Source: the human T2T-CHM13v2.0 reference genome, Homo sapiens. Taken from it: a DNA stretch of 64,000 nucleotides. The DNA lies in NCBI RefSeq assembly GCF_009914755.1, contig NC_060925.1, one strand, 5' to 3'. A program made the position numbers and the translations under genes. Shown piece by piece: positions 38,440 through 49,819 of this stretch; position 1 is the first letter of the stretch, and every line of letters starts with the position of its first letter. Below the pieces are notes generated by a model. The model was given only the letters and a program-made list of their open reading frames with translations, was not told where the DNA came from and made no database searches.

Positions 38440-38445
38440 AATAAA
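38440..38445 (+). terminator. SNX27 polyadenylation signal AATAAA
   Basis: AATAAA in an AU-rich context, followed by U/GU-rich downstream sequence (ttctttggtttcc). Confidence 0.75.
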
Positions 38446-39463
38446 TTGATTTATTGATCAAACACTTCTTTGGTTTCCTAGACTACAAATCCTTTGGGTT
38501 GTGTGGGAAGAAGTGAACTGGGACCTTTGAGATTTGAGTCAGAGTGGTCAGTCTGAAAAGAAGAAACATCTAACCAGTTTTCCCAGGTAACTAGTGTGGC
38601 AGTTTTTTGAGTGCAGGGAATGGAGAAGGGTGAGGAAAGAAGCCACAGGAGGCCCTTGGTTTGCAGTTCTCTTCCCAGTGGCTCCTTTGAAAATTCCTTC
38701 TTCTCCTTCAGATCTCAGAGGTGATTGAGCTTACCCCTCCCATCTGCAAGCTTGCACAAAAATCCTTTGAAGATTCACAGGATTCCTTTCTCTGCCATGC
38801 AGATAGAGCCTGGCAGAGCCTTTGGTACAGATCTTAGCAATGGACCCTCCTCTCCACCCCCAGCAACAGGTATATACTTTTTCAGGTAAATCGGGAAAGT
38901 TTTTCTCTTTGGGATCTGGACTGAAAGGAACACATTATGACTATTGAACTGTCCAGCACAAAACTAGGCACTGTGGGTGGCCTTACTCTCCCCTGCTCCC
39001 ACACTCCTGAGAAGAAGGGTGGTCCTACAGCCTTTTGCTTTTACAGAGGCATCTGAGGGGCTGGGGCCTAATTACCTTCTCTCAAGGGTATCTGTTCCTC
39101 TGCACATTTGTTTATGAGCTGACTCTGGTCTGAAAAGCTCAGCATTTGTGGTGGGTGAGACATTTTAATTTTTTTATAAAGCTTCATTTATTATTATTTT
39201 TACAACTTCCGATCACACGCTTTTGTTCCCTAACTGATGACCATAAGACCAAGGACCATTGTGGCACTTTGTTTGGCAGTTTGGGAAGAGACATTGTTCA
39301 GGGGCTCATTCATTCACCCACCCATTAGCTTTGGATATTTAAAATCTAAGAAACACTACTGTGCTAATGGAGGGGGGAAGTGTTACCTTTCCTAAGCAAA
39401 GAATCCATAAAGAAGAACAAAGTGGAATTCCAGAATTAGAGTTACAGTGGTTAAAGTCAAACA

Positions 39464-39469
39464 TTTATT
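39464..39469 (-). terminator. Candidate distal CELF3 poly(A) signal
   Basis: tttatt on + = AATAAA on -; about 1 kb from the convergent SNX27 3' end. Confidence 0.55.
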
Positions 39470-41014
39470 AGGTATCTGCTGTTGGGGGTGGGGTGGGGAG
39501 ATTGTTTGAGATACTGCAACAGACACAAAAGCAAAGAAAGAAACATTTCTGCCAGCTTACAGGCTCACAGAAGAATGAGACACTTACGCATGGCCATGAT
39601 ACACAGCAGTGAAAGGTTTAAGTGCCATAAGGACTAGAAAAGGAAGGAGAAAGACCTGTGGATGAGGGCCGTTAAGATTTTCATGAAGAAAGTAGTGTTT
39701 AAGGTGAACTGTTTTAGTGTGAGAAGGATTTCAACAAGAAGGCATTCAACAAACATTTATTGAGCCGTTATGTGCCAGACACTGTAGTAACTGGGAATGA
39801 AAAGACATGGGAGAAAAGGGACCAAACTTGCCTAGAGAACAATGAATAGTTCTATTTGGGTATGTGTAGGAATGAAGTGGAAAGTAAGGCTTCGAAGAGC
39901 CTTGAATGCCAGGCTGAGGTGTTCTATGAAAAACAACAAAAAACAGCAGCAGAGAAGTTTTGTTTTTTATTAGCTGCAGTTTAGGAAGATTGATGCTTCA
40001 GAACATAGACAGAAGGACCAATTAGGAAATTGCTATGATTACTCAGTTAATAAGTGTAGGCAGTGATAATTGAAAAGAGGGAAATGATATGAGAAAGTTT
40101 GTGGAAGTGAAATCTTAAATGATTTAATACCATTGAGTTTATGCGAAAGTACTAAAAACTCTTGAGGTTTTCTGTCTATGTGACTAGAAAATAGAAATAT
40201 ATGAGTCAGGACTTTATGGGAGAAAGTTTTAGCATTGGCCCTATGATGATGTAGATACGGATGGGAAGTCCAGTATAGATGTCCAACAGTCATTTCTTAT
40301 TTACTAAGCAATGTCTAATATTTGGGGCACTGTTTAGGGTGATCAGGATACAGTGCTGGACAAAGCAGACTGGGTAGTAAATGTTGGTGAATTAACTTTT
40401 AAAAGATGACTCTTGGCTTCTTGGGAGAACAAATTGTAGGAGAGCAGGAAAAGAAACATGGAGACAGATGAGAGCAATGTGACGTGGACAGTGTTGATGG
40501 CTGTGGAGATGCAGAGACATGAGTAAGTAAATCAGCTGAATACTTTAGAGGTAGACTTGGTAGGGCTTTGCAGTTGGATTGGGGAGGAGACATGAGAGAA
40601 AGGGTGTAATCCAAGTTTTGGCTTGAGTAGGTACCTAGTGGTGCTGCTTACTAATGATGAAGACAGAGGGTGGGGTAGCAGCCTAGAAGCACATGTTCTA
40701 TGAAGTCAAAGAAGACACCTGTGTGATCCTGAGCCTGCCCTAAAGCAGCTCACAGAGAAGAATCTAGGAAGTGGAGGGACTTAGGGCTTATGCAGTCCAC
40801 CCTCTACCTGAAGGACTCACTCCTAAGCCTGCTTGCTACTTCTTGGGATCTTTGCCTCAGGTCAAAGAACAGGTAAGAAGAGAACATCATGGGCTTTGGA
40901 ATCTGACAAACTGGGTTCAACTCCTACAGCCATGCCTTACTGGCTTTGTGACTCCAGGGAAGTTAGTTAACCTTCCAAGCCTCCTTTTCCCATCTATAAA
41001 ATTATATCCTACCT

Positions 41015-41331
41015 AGGCTGGGCGTGGTGGCTCATGCCTGTAATCTGAGCACTTCGGGAGGCCAAGGCAGGAGGTTTGCTTGAGCCCAGGGGTTCGAGAC
41101 CAGCCTGGGCAACATAGCAAGACCCTGTCTACAAAAAAAACCACCATTTTTAAAAATGAGCTGGGCGTGGTGGTGCAGCCGCTTATAGTCCTAACTACTT
41201 GGGAGGCTGAGACAGGAGGATCCCCTGAACCAGGAGTTCAAGGTTGCAGTGAGCTATGATCTCACCATCACACTCCAGCTTGAGTGACAGAGTGAGACCC
41301 TGTCTCAAAGTAAATAAGTAAAATAAATAAA
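41015..41331 (+). mobile_element. AluJ inserted in a MIR
   Basis: Alu consensus flanked by MIR core (catctataaa ... cctcacaaggttgtt). Confidence 0.85.
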
Positions 41332-41805
41332 CTATAGCCTGCCTCACAAGGTTGTTAGGAGGTAAAATGAGGAAATGCACAATAAGGACTTGGAACAGAA
41401 TCACATATGGAGCAGTGGTTAGTAAATGGTGGTGTCACAACTGGCTCCCAGTATCCACACTGGCCTCTGTGCAGAAATGGAGGTCCAGATGTGAGACTGC
41501 AAGTCCTCAGCCTTCAGAGGGACAGAGCTGGATACAGGGGAGAGCCCCCGACAGGGGAGATCTCCTTGTGCCGAACTCTGCAGGACATTCCAGAATTAAG
41601 CCCCAAAGAAGGGCTGAAGGACAGGATCATGAAGCCATGAACAAGGCCTGGATGCTGCTCAAAAGCAAGGGCCCGGCCTTCCCTGATGGGATTTTCTCTC
41701 TCAAACCTCATTCTCTACCTCCCTCCCCCTTCCCAGTGTGGGTAGGGAACAATCCCCTACCCTCAACCTTCCAAGACTCTTATTTGATGCTTTTAAACTT
41801 TTTTC

Positions 41806-41811
41806 TTTATT
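41806..41811 (-). terminator. Candidate proximal CELF3 poly(A) signal
   Basis: tttatt on + = AATAAA on -, at the end of a U-rich minus-strand UTR block. Confidence 0.5.
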
Positions 41812-44192
41812 TAGACAGAAAAGACCAACTCTTTAAAAGTAAAATGCAATAAATAAATAAGTTAAGCATAGAGAACTGTCTGAAACTGACTCCCCGGTCT
41901 CCCCTTACCACCCCCACCCCCACCCCATTTTCTTTTCCCTAAAACCTCTTCCTAAAGAAAATGATCAGGTAATAAACCCCTTGACCCCTCCCCACACCCC
42001 TCCTCCCAATACCCAATTACCCCCCAAAGCAAAGGGAGAAATTAAGAGAGAGAAAAAAATCCAAGGGCAACATTGTCTAAACTCCCAGAAAGAGAGATGG
42101 CAGCGTCCGGGCCAGGCCGGGCGGGCTGGATAACGCACGGGTGGTAGTGGTATTTACACAGAGGGAACCAGCAGAGACTGTAAACATTTTTAGGGGTTCA
42201 GGGGAAGGTCTTTTCCTCGTGAAAGGAGGAGGGTCTCTGTGGCTGACTGGCAGAGAGGCAGCCCTCAGGGCTCCCCCACACCCTCCTTAGAGGGGGCCCT
42301 TGGGGGAGGCAGTGAGTTTTAGGGCTGGGAGCCCAGGAATCAGGGATATCCTACCTCTAGCTGAGGGTGGAGGGGAGTGAGAGCCAGCTTCCAAGAAACC
42401 CCTAATGTGGGGAAGAGGCTGGGGTGAGGGTGAGCTGGGAGTGTGTGGCAGGCCCCTGCGGCTCTCCTGGGGCCTGCACGGGTAGAACAGGCCCACTGTT
42501 GGGGGAGGCAAGTACAAACGCTGGGCACAGAAGGCCTGTCACAGGAGCCCAGCAGAAGGCAGATACCCCGGAGCCTTCGAGCCTGTTCCTCGCTCCCTCA
42601 CAAAGGCCAAAAGGGCATCTAGGAGGAAATGGGCCCTTGGAGCCAGGGAAGCATAGCCATGGCCCTTCAGAGAGGCAGGGGGGTGGGAGGGGCCGGTGTC
42701 TTGTGCCCCCGGGGGCCACGAAGCAGCGTTTGCCCCAGAACCCAGTCAAGGCCCAGGGCAGGTGTGCGGAGAGGGCCGGGGCCAGTCGTGGGAAGAGGGT
42801 GTGAGGCGCCCCTTCCTCTGGGATCTCCAGACCTGTGAAGGAAGAAACATGGGTGAAGCATGGGGAAGAGACCCCCGATGCGGATCACGGGCTCTGGGGG
42901 AGGGGAGGGGGCTGGGGTGAGTGACAGCATCTAGGATGGGGCTGCCTGAGGAAGGCAGATCATCAGGCCTCAGTCCAAACGGACCCATCTGCCCCCACCC
43001 CCAGCCATGAGAGCAGGGATAGAGGAGACAGGAGGGAGGGGGCAAACCATACAGGAAACCAAACGGTATTAGGAAGGAAATAGATAGCCCAGGAGAAAAA
43101 TAAAGACTGGAGGGGGAGAGAGGCAAAGAGATGACAACAGACAGGCAGGCAGAGAAATCGAGAGAGAGACAGAGAAGGGGGTGCGTGTAAGAGACAGACA
43201 CCTGGAAAAAGAAAGGGAACACCCGCAGAGAAGGCCAGGGCAGAGCCCAGGTCACGGCTCAGGGATGGAGTCTCATGGGGTGAGACCACCCCCGGCCCCC
43301 AGTTAGTGCTCTCATTCCTTTTTGGAAAGGAACACAGAAAGCAAGAGAAATGCACAGAACACAGACCACAGTCACCAACCACTGTAGACCAAGCACGTCC
43401 CGCGAGCTGCCCCCGGCCCTGACCTTGGGCTTGGGGGTGCTTCCCTCCGCGGCCCCTCCCCAAAGAACAAACAATCGGCTCCAAAGACAACACGCTCGTT
43501 CCATGCAACTTACAGGGGCCCGGAGCAGGGGTCCGGGGATGGGGGCTTCGGCCGACAATGGACACGGGCCCTGGGCTGGGGGGGCCCCCAGGGTTGGGGG
43601 AGTTAAGCAGCCAGGATTGGGGGGAAAGGGGAGAAACAGAAAATGTGGGTATTTTTCTTGGGTTGTGTTTTCTCAAGGGTTTGGTCCAAAGGAGATTAAA
43701 CAGTGCAAAAGTAACCAAGGCTCACAGCTCTGTGGCCATGAGGTTGAGGTGGTGGCCAGCAATGGGGTGGAGGAGACCTAAGTAAACTTCACAGGCGGCG
43801 CGACATTTCAACCTCTTCCACCTAAACCAGAGCAACTCCCAAGAGGCCTGAAAATGGGCTCCCCCAGTCTGTCCTGTGCACTCTGCTGCCCCATGGGTCT
43901 GCTGCTACATGGGAAAAATCATCTGAAGTCCAGGGAAACCAGGGCTGATGTCCTCACTTCTCAGGACAACAGAGATTCTAGGAGCCAAGGATTCTAGGGC
44001 CCTCTGGCACCCTCAGCCAACCCCTTAATCCTCCAGTCCTATTCCCCTAATTCCACTCTAACCCGAAGGAAAACCAGAAAGAGACACACACAGACATGGA
44101 CACTGACCAGACAAACGAGACCAGATATTGTGGAAGGTCCAGGGAGTGGACACATACATACAAAGACTTGGCTCTTTCTGGGGTCACGGAGG

Positions 44193-44228
<36 letters not shown>
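44193..44228 (+). repeat. (GT)7(GA)11 compound microsatellite in the CELF3 last intron
   Basis: Directly visible. Confidence 0.9.
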
Positions 44229-44426
44229 GTGACTCAGATTATTGAAAAACAGCTGAGGGAGCTGCCCCAGCCCCCTGCTTCAAGTGCCCAGGGTCAAGGG
44301 TGGGGTGGGCATCCCTGAGGGTGGTGGAGGACAGGGGTTGGGGGTGTAGTCCAATCGAGGGCCCTGGCTGCAGTGTGTGAAGCTGGGGAGGGAGGCCACA
44401 ACGGAGCGGGACCCACCTGGGGGCCC

Positions 44427-44554
44427 TCAGTAGGGCCGGTTGGCATCCTTAGGCCGCTTTAGCTGGACTTTGAGGCGCTTCATGCCGATCTGGAAGCCAT
44501 TCATGGCCTGGATGGCAGCCTGGGCACTGGCCGGATTGTCGAAACTCACAAAGC
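44427..44554 (-). CDS. CELF3: CELF3 last coding exon: (G)[44 protein letters not shown]3 end
   Basis: ccccag| acceptor; TGA at 44429-44427; donor CAG|gtgggt 10 nt after the stop; [10 protein letters not shown] is the typical CELF3-6 C-terminus. Confidence 0.96.
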
Positions 44555-45207
44555 CTGGGGTGAGAGGGGCATAAGGCCCGGCCCAGCCCCACCTCGCTCT
44601 TCCGTGCTTAGGAGACCTCTGGCACTACCCTGTGTCTCCCAAGTGTCCCAAATGCCTAGAAAGCTGCCTGCCACATAGCAGCATTCCTTAGGAATTTGTT
44701 GATTGATGGGTTGAATGGATGAATCCAGTCCAGCCACTCCAACTACCACATTCTTCCCAGCATTCTGTGCCAGTGACCCCTTCCTCTGCCTGGATAGCTC
44801 TGAGCCTGCCCTTTGAAAACGGCCACTTCCAGACCCTAAATGGCTTCTGAAGCAGAGAAGAACATTCCCTTTCTCCCCTGAGGAAGACTTTCAAAGATGT
44901 GAAGGCAGCTAAAACCGACTCCCCAAGCCCACCTTTTGCAAACCAAACATCCCCAGACCATAAGCCTATTTCAGACCTCATGGGACATGAATTTGGCCAG
45001 TTTTTAAGAGAAACGCTGAAGGAAGAAGAGATGGGCCGAGGCAGCAGCTGGGTGTGGCATGTTGGGTGTGTCAAAATGGCTCTTTTGTACTCTTGGATAA
45101 TCAGTATTTCAAATACTGGGTCCACTGTGACCATAAATGCCTTCAAATATATTAGACCTTGTCCTGATTTGGAGTATGGCAAAAAATGTGCCATATCATA
45201 TTCTTAC

Positions 45208-45351
45208 CAAAACATTTGCTTTGATTGGTGGCTCGGTCAACAAAGACTTTGGCTGAGATGACGTGGCCAAAGGGGACAAACATCTGGAGGATCTCTGAGT
45301 CAGTGAACTCCTGGGGCAGGTGGTAGATGAAGATGTTGCAGCCATCAGGGC
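45208..45351 (-). CDS. CELF3: CELF3 exon 11: (G)[47 protein letters not shown] (RRM3)
   Basis: cccag| acceptor, TTG|gtaaga donor, 144 nt; ORF 45152..45511. Confidence 0.96.
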
Positions 45352-45609
45352 CTGGGTGGCGACAGAGACAGAAGAAAGAGCTCAGTGACTGGGAGGCACA
45401 CACCCCAGAAGCAAATGTCCCAGGGAAAGCAGATCCTGGGAGTGCCCTCCAGTCCCAGTCCTTGACAGTGTGGGCCAAGTCTCCGGCCACTCCCTCCCCA
45501 CTTGCTTTCATCCTGACACGTGGGCAAGAGCTGGGCTCAGCGCGGGGTGACAGGGAGTCCCCAAGCCCATAACGAGGGCATTCCTGTCTCCCAAGGCCCC
45601 AGCCAGCAC

Positions 45610-45617
45610 CTTCTCTT

Positions 45618-45655
<38 letters not shown>

Positions 45656-45747
45656 CTGTTGAGGTGGTGGTGGGGGCTGCTGGGCGACCAGGGCTGGAGG
45701 CTGCGGGAACGCAGGTGCAACCAGGCTGTAGGCTGCTGGGTAGGCTG
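45610..45747 (-). CDS. CELF3: CELF3 exon 10: (A)[29 protein letters not shown]15-RE
   Basis: ccccag|CAG tandem acceptor, AAG|gtgctg donor, 138 nt. Confidence 0.93.
45617..45661 (-). repeat. Interrupted CAG repeat CAA(CAG)8CAA(CAG)4CAA encoding Q15 (the TNRC4 repeat)
   Basis: Direct count of 15 Gln codons in the exon frame. Confidence 0.95.
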
Positions 45748-46054
45748 CTGGGGTGGGGAGAAGAGAGAGGCTGATGGGGCTTCCCTGACTTCTTGAGCCC
45801 TCCCAGCCAACCCTGTCTCCCTTCCCCTAGCCCAGGCCAGTGGCACCTGCAGGGCTGAGAGGTGGTCAGGGAAGGAGCTGCCTCAGACCCCTGGGTGTGC
45901 TGCCCTTAAAGACCCCTCCCCACAGTTGGGCTTGTCAGTAAAGCCTGAAGAGGGTGATTGGCAGGGAGCCAAGAAGCCCAGACCCAGTTACTGGGCCTCT
46001 TTTCCTCCTGCCACCTCTCCCACCTGAGCAGGGGCCCTGGCTAGGGCGCCTCAC

Positions 46055-46120
46055 CTGTGTAGTGCTGCATCCCCGCGTAGGCCTGCTGCAGGGGGTCCAC
46101 GGGGGCCGCGGGGCTCTGGG
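46055..46120 (-). CDS. CELF3: CELF3 exon 9: (A)[21 protein letters not shown]
   Basis: ctctccccag| acceptor, CAG|gtgagg donor, 66 nt. Confidence 0.94.
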
Positions 46121-46530
46121 CTGGGGAGAGCAGCACAGACTATGAGCGTGGACCTGGCACACAGTGGGGGCCCTCAGTGCCTCTCTGGGCCTCTGGGCCG
46201 AGGCCAGGCAGGTGGGGAGCAGAGCTTCTCTGGGCATGGGGTGTGAAGTGAGAAGGCAGAAATGCACAAAGCAGTGGGAAGAGGGGAAAGAGCCCAGCGT
46301 TAGGAAGACTTGGGTCTGACTGTCTTGCAACCCTGGACAGGTCGCTTCACCGCTCTACACCTCAGCTTCCTGGCCGAGCCCAACAGGAAGGATCATCCCC
46401 GCCCAGGATGGCAGGGCAGGAGGAAGCACCTGTACCCCCAAAGCTGGGAGGGAAGGTGTGTCCTGCCTCCCTAATGGGAGTGGTGGTTTAGATGGTTGCT
46501 GGGACGGAGTGGGCAGGCAGAGAGTCCCAC

Positions 46531-46680
46531 CTGGGTAGGGGTGAACCCCGTTGGGATACAGAGCATCAGGGGCAGGCTGCCCAGTGGGCTGGGTGGGCAC
46601 CGGGCTGTAGCCGTTGACGCCCAGGGCAGCCGGAATGGCAGAGACAGGCGTGGCAGCGATGGCAGGAGGGGTGCTGGTTC
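46531..46680 (-). CDS. CELF3: CELF3 exon 8: (G)[49 protein letters not shown] (divergent domain)
   Basis: tcctccccag| acceptor, CAG|gtggga donor, 150 nt, frame-preserving. Confidence 0.94.
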
Positions 46681-46892
46681 CTGGGGAGGAGAAAGCGACA
46701 GGGAGAGAGCAGAGGAGCAGACACACACACAGGCAGAGAACCAGTCAGCAAGTCTGTGGGCAGAGGGGAGGAAGCAGGCCTCTCTGACCCCTGAGTCCCT
46801 CCCAGACCCTGAGGCTTCCCTGAGCAATGCCCTGTGCCCCTCCCTACCCCTACCATGCTTAGCTCCCTTGCCTGGCCTTGCCCAGGCCATAC

Positions 46893-47034
46893 CTGAGGAT
46901 GGGGTGATGGGGGTGGCGATGAGGCCATTGGCATTGATGGCAGCCATGTGCTGCATCTGCACGGCAGCCATGGTGGCCATGGGGCTGAGGTAGGCACTGT
47001 GAGCCGCTACCAGGGCCGCCTGCTGCTGCATCAG
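46893..47034 (-). CDS. CELF3: CELF3 exon 7: [47 protein letters not shown]
   Basis: ccccag| acceptor, CAG|gtatgg donor, 142 nt. Confidence 0.95.
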
Positions 47035-47177
47035 CTGGGGGGAGGGGAGAGGAGAGTGGGGCAGGCCCCCTGTGCCCAAGCCTGGCTCCCTCCCAGCCCG
47101 GGGCCTTGGCATCGGGAGGGTGGGGGCAAGATACAGGGGGTCAGGAGGGCTGGCCCGGCATCAGGGGCAGTGCTCAC

Positions 47178-47321
47178 GGCCTGGGTGTAGGCGCTGTAGG
47201 CTCCAAACTGGAGGGCGATGGGGCTGAACATGCCCAACTGGGTGGCCACCTGCTGCATGCGGCGGAGACCTCGCTCCTTCTCAGTGTCAGCAAACTTCAC
47301 CACCAGGCTGGACGAGGCACC
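47178..47321 (-). CDS. CELF3: CELF3 exon 6: [48 protein letters not shown] (RRM2 end)
   Basis: cccag| acceptor, GCC|gtgagc donor, 144 nt. Confidence 0.96.
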
Positions 47322-48383
47322 CTGGGCACGGGCCCACACACAGGTCAGAGGTGCAGGGTCAGGGTCTCTCCTCCCCAAAGCCCTCAGGACCTGGTCTCCA
47401 TTCCACCCCCATGGCATGGCTTGGCCTCTCTGAGAGGGCGGCCACCATTTTGCGTATGAAAGATGGGGAGATATTAATCCCACTCTCTCCCTATGCTAGG
47501 ATGTGCAAGAGGCTAGAAGAAAAAATGAGGAATGTGAAGGCACATGCTTGGAAAGTGAAAAGCCTACTGGAATGAAAAGGGCATCATTGGCTACTCTGTG
47601 AGGACTCTGAACTGGAAATCATCCCCACCCTGGGTTGCCACAGCAAATGTTTAATCTCAGGCTAGTCTTCCCTTGTAGCTGCCCTGCGTGCCTTACCACG
47701 ACTCCTGCCCCCACACCCCAGTCCTCATGGTGTGCCTCAAATCTTAATACTAGTCTGAGCTGAATAAAAACCAAATTGGAGCATTTGCAAGGATGATGGT
47801 AGAATCCTAGAATCTCAAAGCTGGAAGGGGCATAGGGTCATTGGACACAGTTCTCTACCCAATGCTGTGTCCCCTCCACCAAGTCCCCGTGAAATGTCTG
47901 CCCAGCCTTTGCTGGAGAGCTGTGAGTTATGGGAAGTGCACAGCCTTCTGAGTCAGCCAGTTCCAATTTAGAGGTGGGCTCTAGACTGGTCACTGACCTA
48001 ACGCTGCTGTGCAGGGGCAGGGAAGAGGGGTGCACGTGGGGCCTCTAAGCAAGTGTCCTGGCGCCCCAGCAAATGAGGGTAGGGGGATATGGGAAGGCTG
48101 GAGAAGAGACGGGGGTGAAGGGAGGGCTGGGGAATGGAGGGAGAAGGAGAGGGATGTGAGGGAATTTGGCTGAAGGTGGATGGGGAATAGGGGAGGAGTG
48201 GGGAGGTGGGGAAGTGCCATTTGAAATGTGAGGGTGTCCCTAAGCAGTTTGGTTCTTCTGCCAGGACATTCCTTTCCAATAAATTCAAATAGCCCATCCT
48301 GAGTGGACTGCTTCTCTGGGCCAGGGCCTGGCAGGTGGGCAGGGTGGGAAGGAGAGGCCCGGGGGCAGGGGAGTGGGGCTCAC

Positions 48384-48463
48384 TGGCAGGGTCCGGCTGC
48401 TGTGAAGGGTGTTGATGGCCGCCTGGGCCTCAGCGTGGGTCTGGAACTTCACGAAGGCGCAGC
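48384..48463 (-). CDS. CELF3: CELF3 exon 5: (G)[26 protein letters not shown] (RRM2 RNP1)
   Basis: tctccag| acceptor, CCA|gtgagc donor, 80 nt. Confidence 0.95.
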
Positions 48464-48605
48464 CTGGAGAGGTTGAGATGGAGGAGGAGAGGGGTAAGCA
48501 CCCATCCCTGCGGGACCCCGCGGTGGAACCCGATGCCTAGGGAGCCTTGGGGGTGGAACAGGAAGGGGAAGGGCCCGGTGGGGAAGGGGGAAGTGGGTGG
48601 ACTAC

Positions 48606-48734
48606 CTTTGCTGGTGCCATCTGGCCCCCGGAGCACAGTGCACTCGTCGATGGTCCCGAAGGGCTCAAACATCTTCCGGACGTCCTCATCTGTCTGCTGC
48701 TTCCCTAGCATCCCCACAAAGAGCTTCCGGTCTT
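48606..48734 (-). CDS. CELF3: CELF3 exon 4: (E)[42 protein letters not shown] (RRM2)
   Basis: cccag|AAG tandem acceptor, AAG|gtagtc donor, 129 nt. Confidence 0.95.
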
Positions 48735-49128
48735 CTGGGTGGTAGGGCACAGGAGGAGGGCATGTTCAGGGCCTCCTGGCTGCCTTCCCAGCCCTTCTTC
48801 CGCCCTTCCCTGGAGCTCCTAACACTACTTCTGCTACCCTTAGGGTCCAATGGCTGTAGGGGCTGATGGTTGGGGAATGGGGTATAGTTGCAGAGGGTGC
48901 TCATCCCAGCTCTGAGGGACTCGCACTCCACCCTGGGCCTCAGTTTTGCCATCTGTACCCGCCCCAGATCTCACCCGCTCTGGCCACACTGACTCCTATC
49001 TCACCGCAGCTGGGAACTCTTCAGAATCATCAGGCTTTCTCCCTCAAGAAAGGCTACCCCTCGACAACTCCAGGCCCTGGGCCTGGGGGTGGGAGGAGAG
49101 GGACAGAGTCCAAAGGCACAGAACCTAC

Positions 49129-49177
49129 CTCCTCGGCTCTCGCTGTCGGCTGGCTTGACCTGGATCGGCCTGTTCAT
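49129..49177 (-). CDS. CELF3: CELF3 exon 3: MNRPIQVKPADSESRG
   Basis: ctccttcag| acceptor, GAG|gtaggt donor, 49 nt. Confidence 0.95.
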
Positions 49178-49726
49178 CTGAAGGAGAGAAGAGAAGGCAG
49201 CTGCTGGGGACCTCCTCTGAACACCCAAGAGCCCTCCCAGGCCAGGCCCTGCAGAGAGACTAGAGGGGCAAGCCCCAGGCCCTCTAAGTTTCTGATGGGA
49301 AGGAAGGGACAGGGCCTAATACTGTTCAGGATGAAGGCCTGAGGGGATCAGAGGCACAGAGAGAGAGGATGTAGAGGGAGAGGCTCATGGGCACAGCTCC
49401 AGGCTCAGGTTGGGCTCCTGATGACTTGGCCAGGGATGGGTGCTGCTGTCCTGAGTGGGAGAAGGGGGCCTGCACATAGGACCCGGGGCCTGAGAGAGAG
49501 CCCGACCAAGGAGTTATTTAATAAGAATTGCCTCAATTCTACAAAGTGGGCGCAACAGAGGCCACTCTGAAGAAGCCCCAAGGAGGACTCTAGACTGAGG
49601 GAGACCCCACAAAGGCCCAGACTTCCTTCTGACCTCTAGAGGTGTGTCTGCCTCTCTTTCTGCCCCCCTATACCCCTTGACCCCAGGGGGAAGGCACTCG
49701 GGCAGCACAAAGGGAGCAGATGCCCA

Positions 49727-49819
49727 GTCTCCGTGGCAACGGGAGAATGCGCACCATGGCAACCGCCCACTCAGCCTGATTTATCCGTCCCCGTCGCCCT
49801 GGCGACCGTGGTGACGTCA
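49727..49819. promoter_or_regulatory. Cluster of three RFX X-boxes plus a perfect CRE in CELF3 intron 2 (putative antisense promoter)
   Basis: GTCTCCGTGGCAAC (49727-40), CGCACCATGGCAAC (49750-63), GTCGCCCTGGCGAC (49793-806), TGACGTCA (49812-19); locally CpG-rich. Confidence 0.7.

Larger units (their letters stand above)
39440..42832 (-). other. CELF3: CELF3 non-coding terminal exon (3'UTR)
   Basis: Minus-strand acceptor tgtttcttccttcacag|GTCTGG at 42833/42832; the 3' end depends on poly(A) site choice. Confidence 0.7.

Noticed and set aside
45520-45774. Plus-strand poly-Ala ORF over the CTG repeat
   Set aside because: Antisense shadow of the CELF3 polyQ exon; no promoter or splice support, and the proposed antisense promoter at 49.8 kb points away from it
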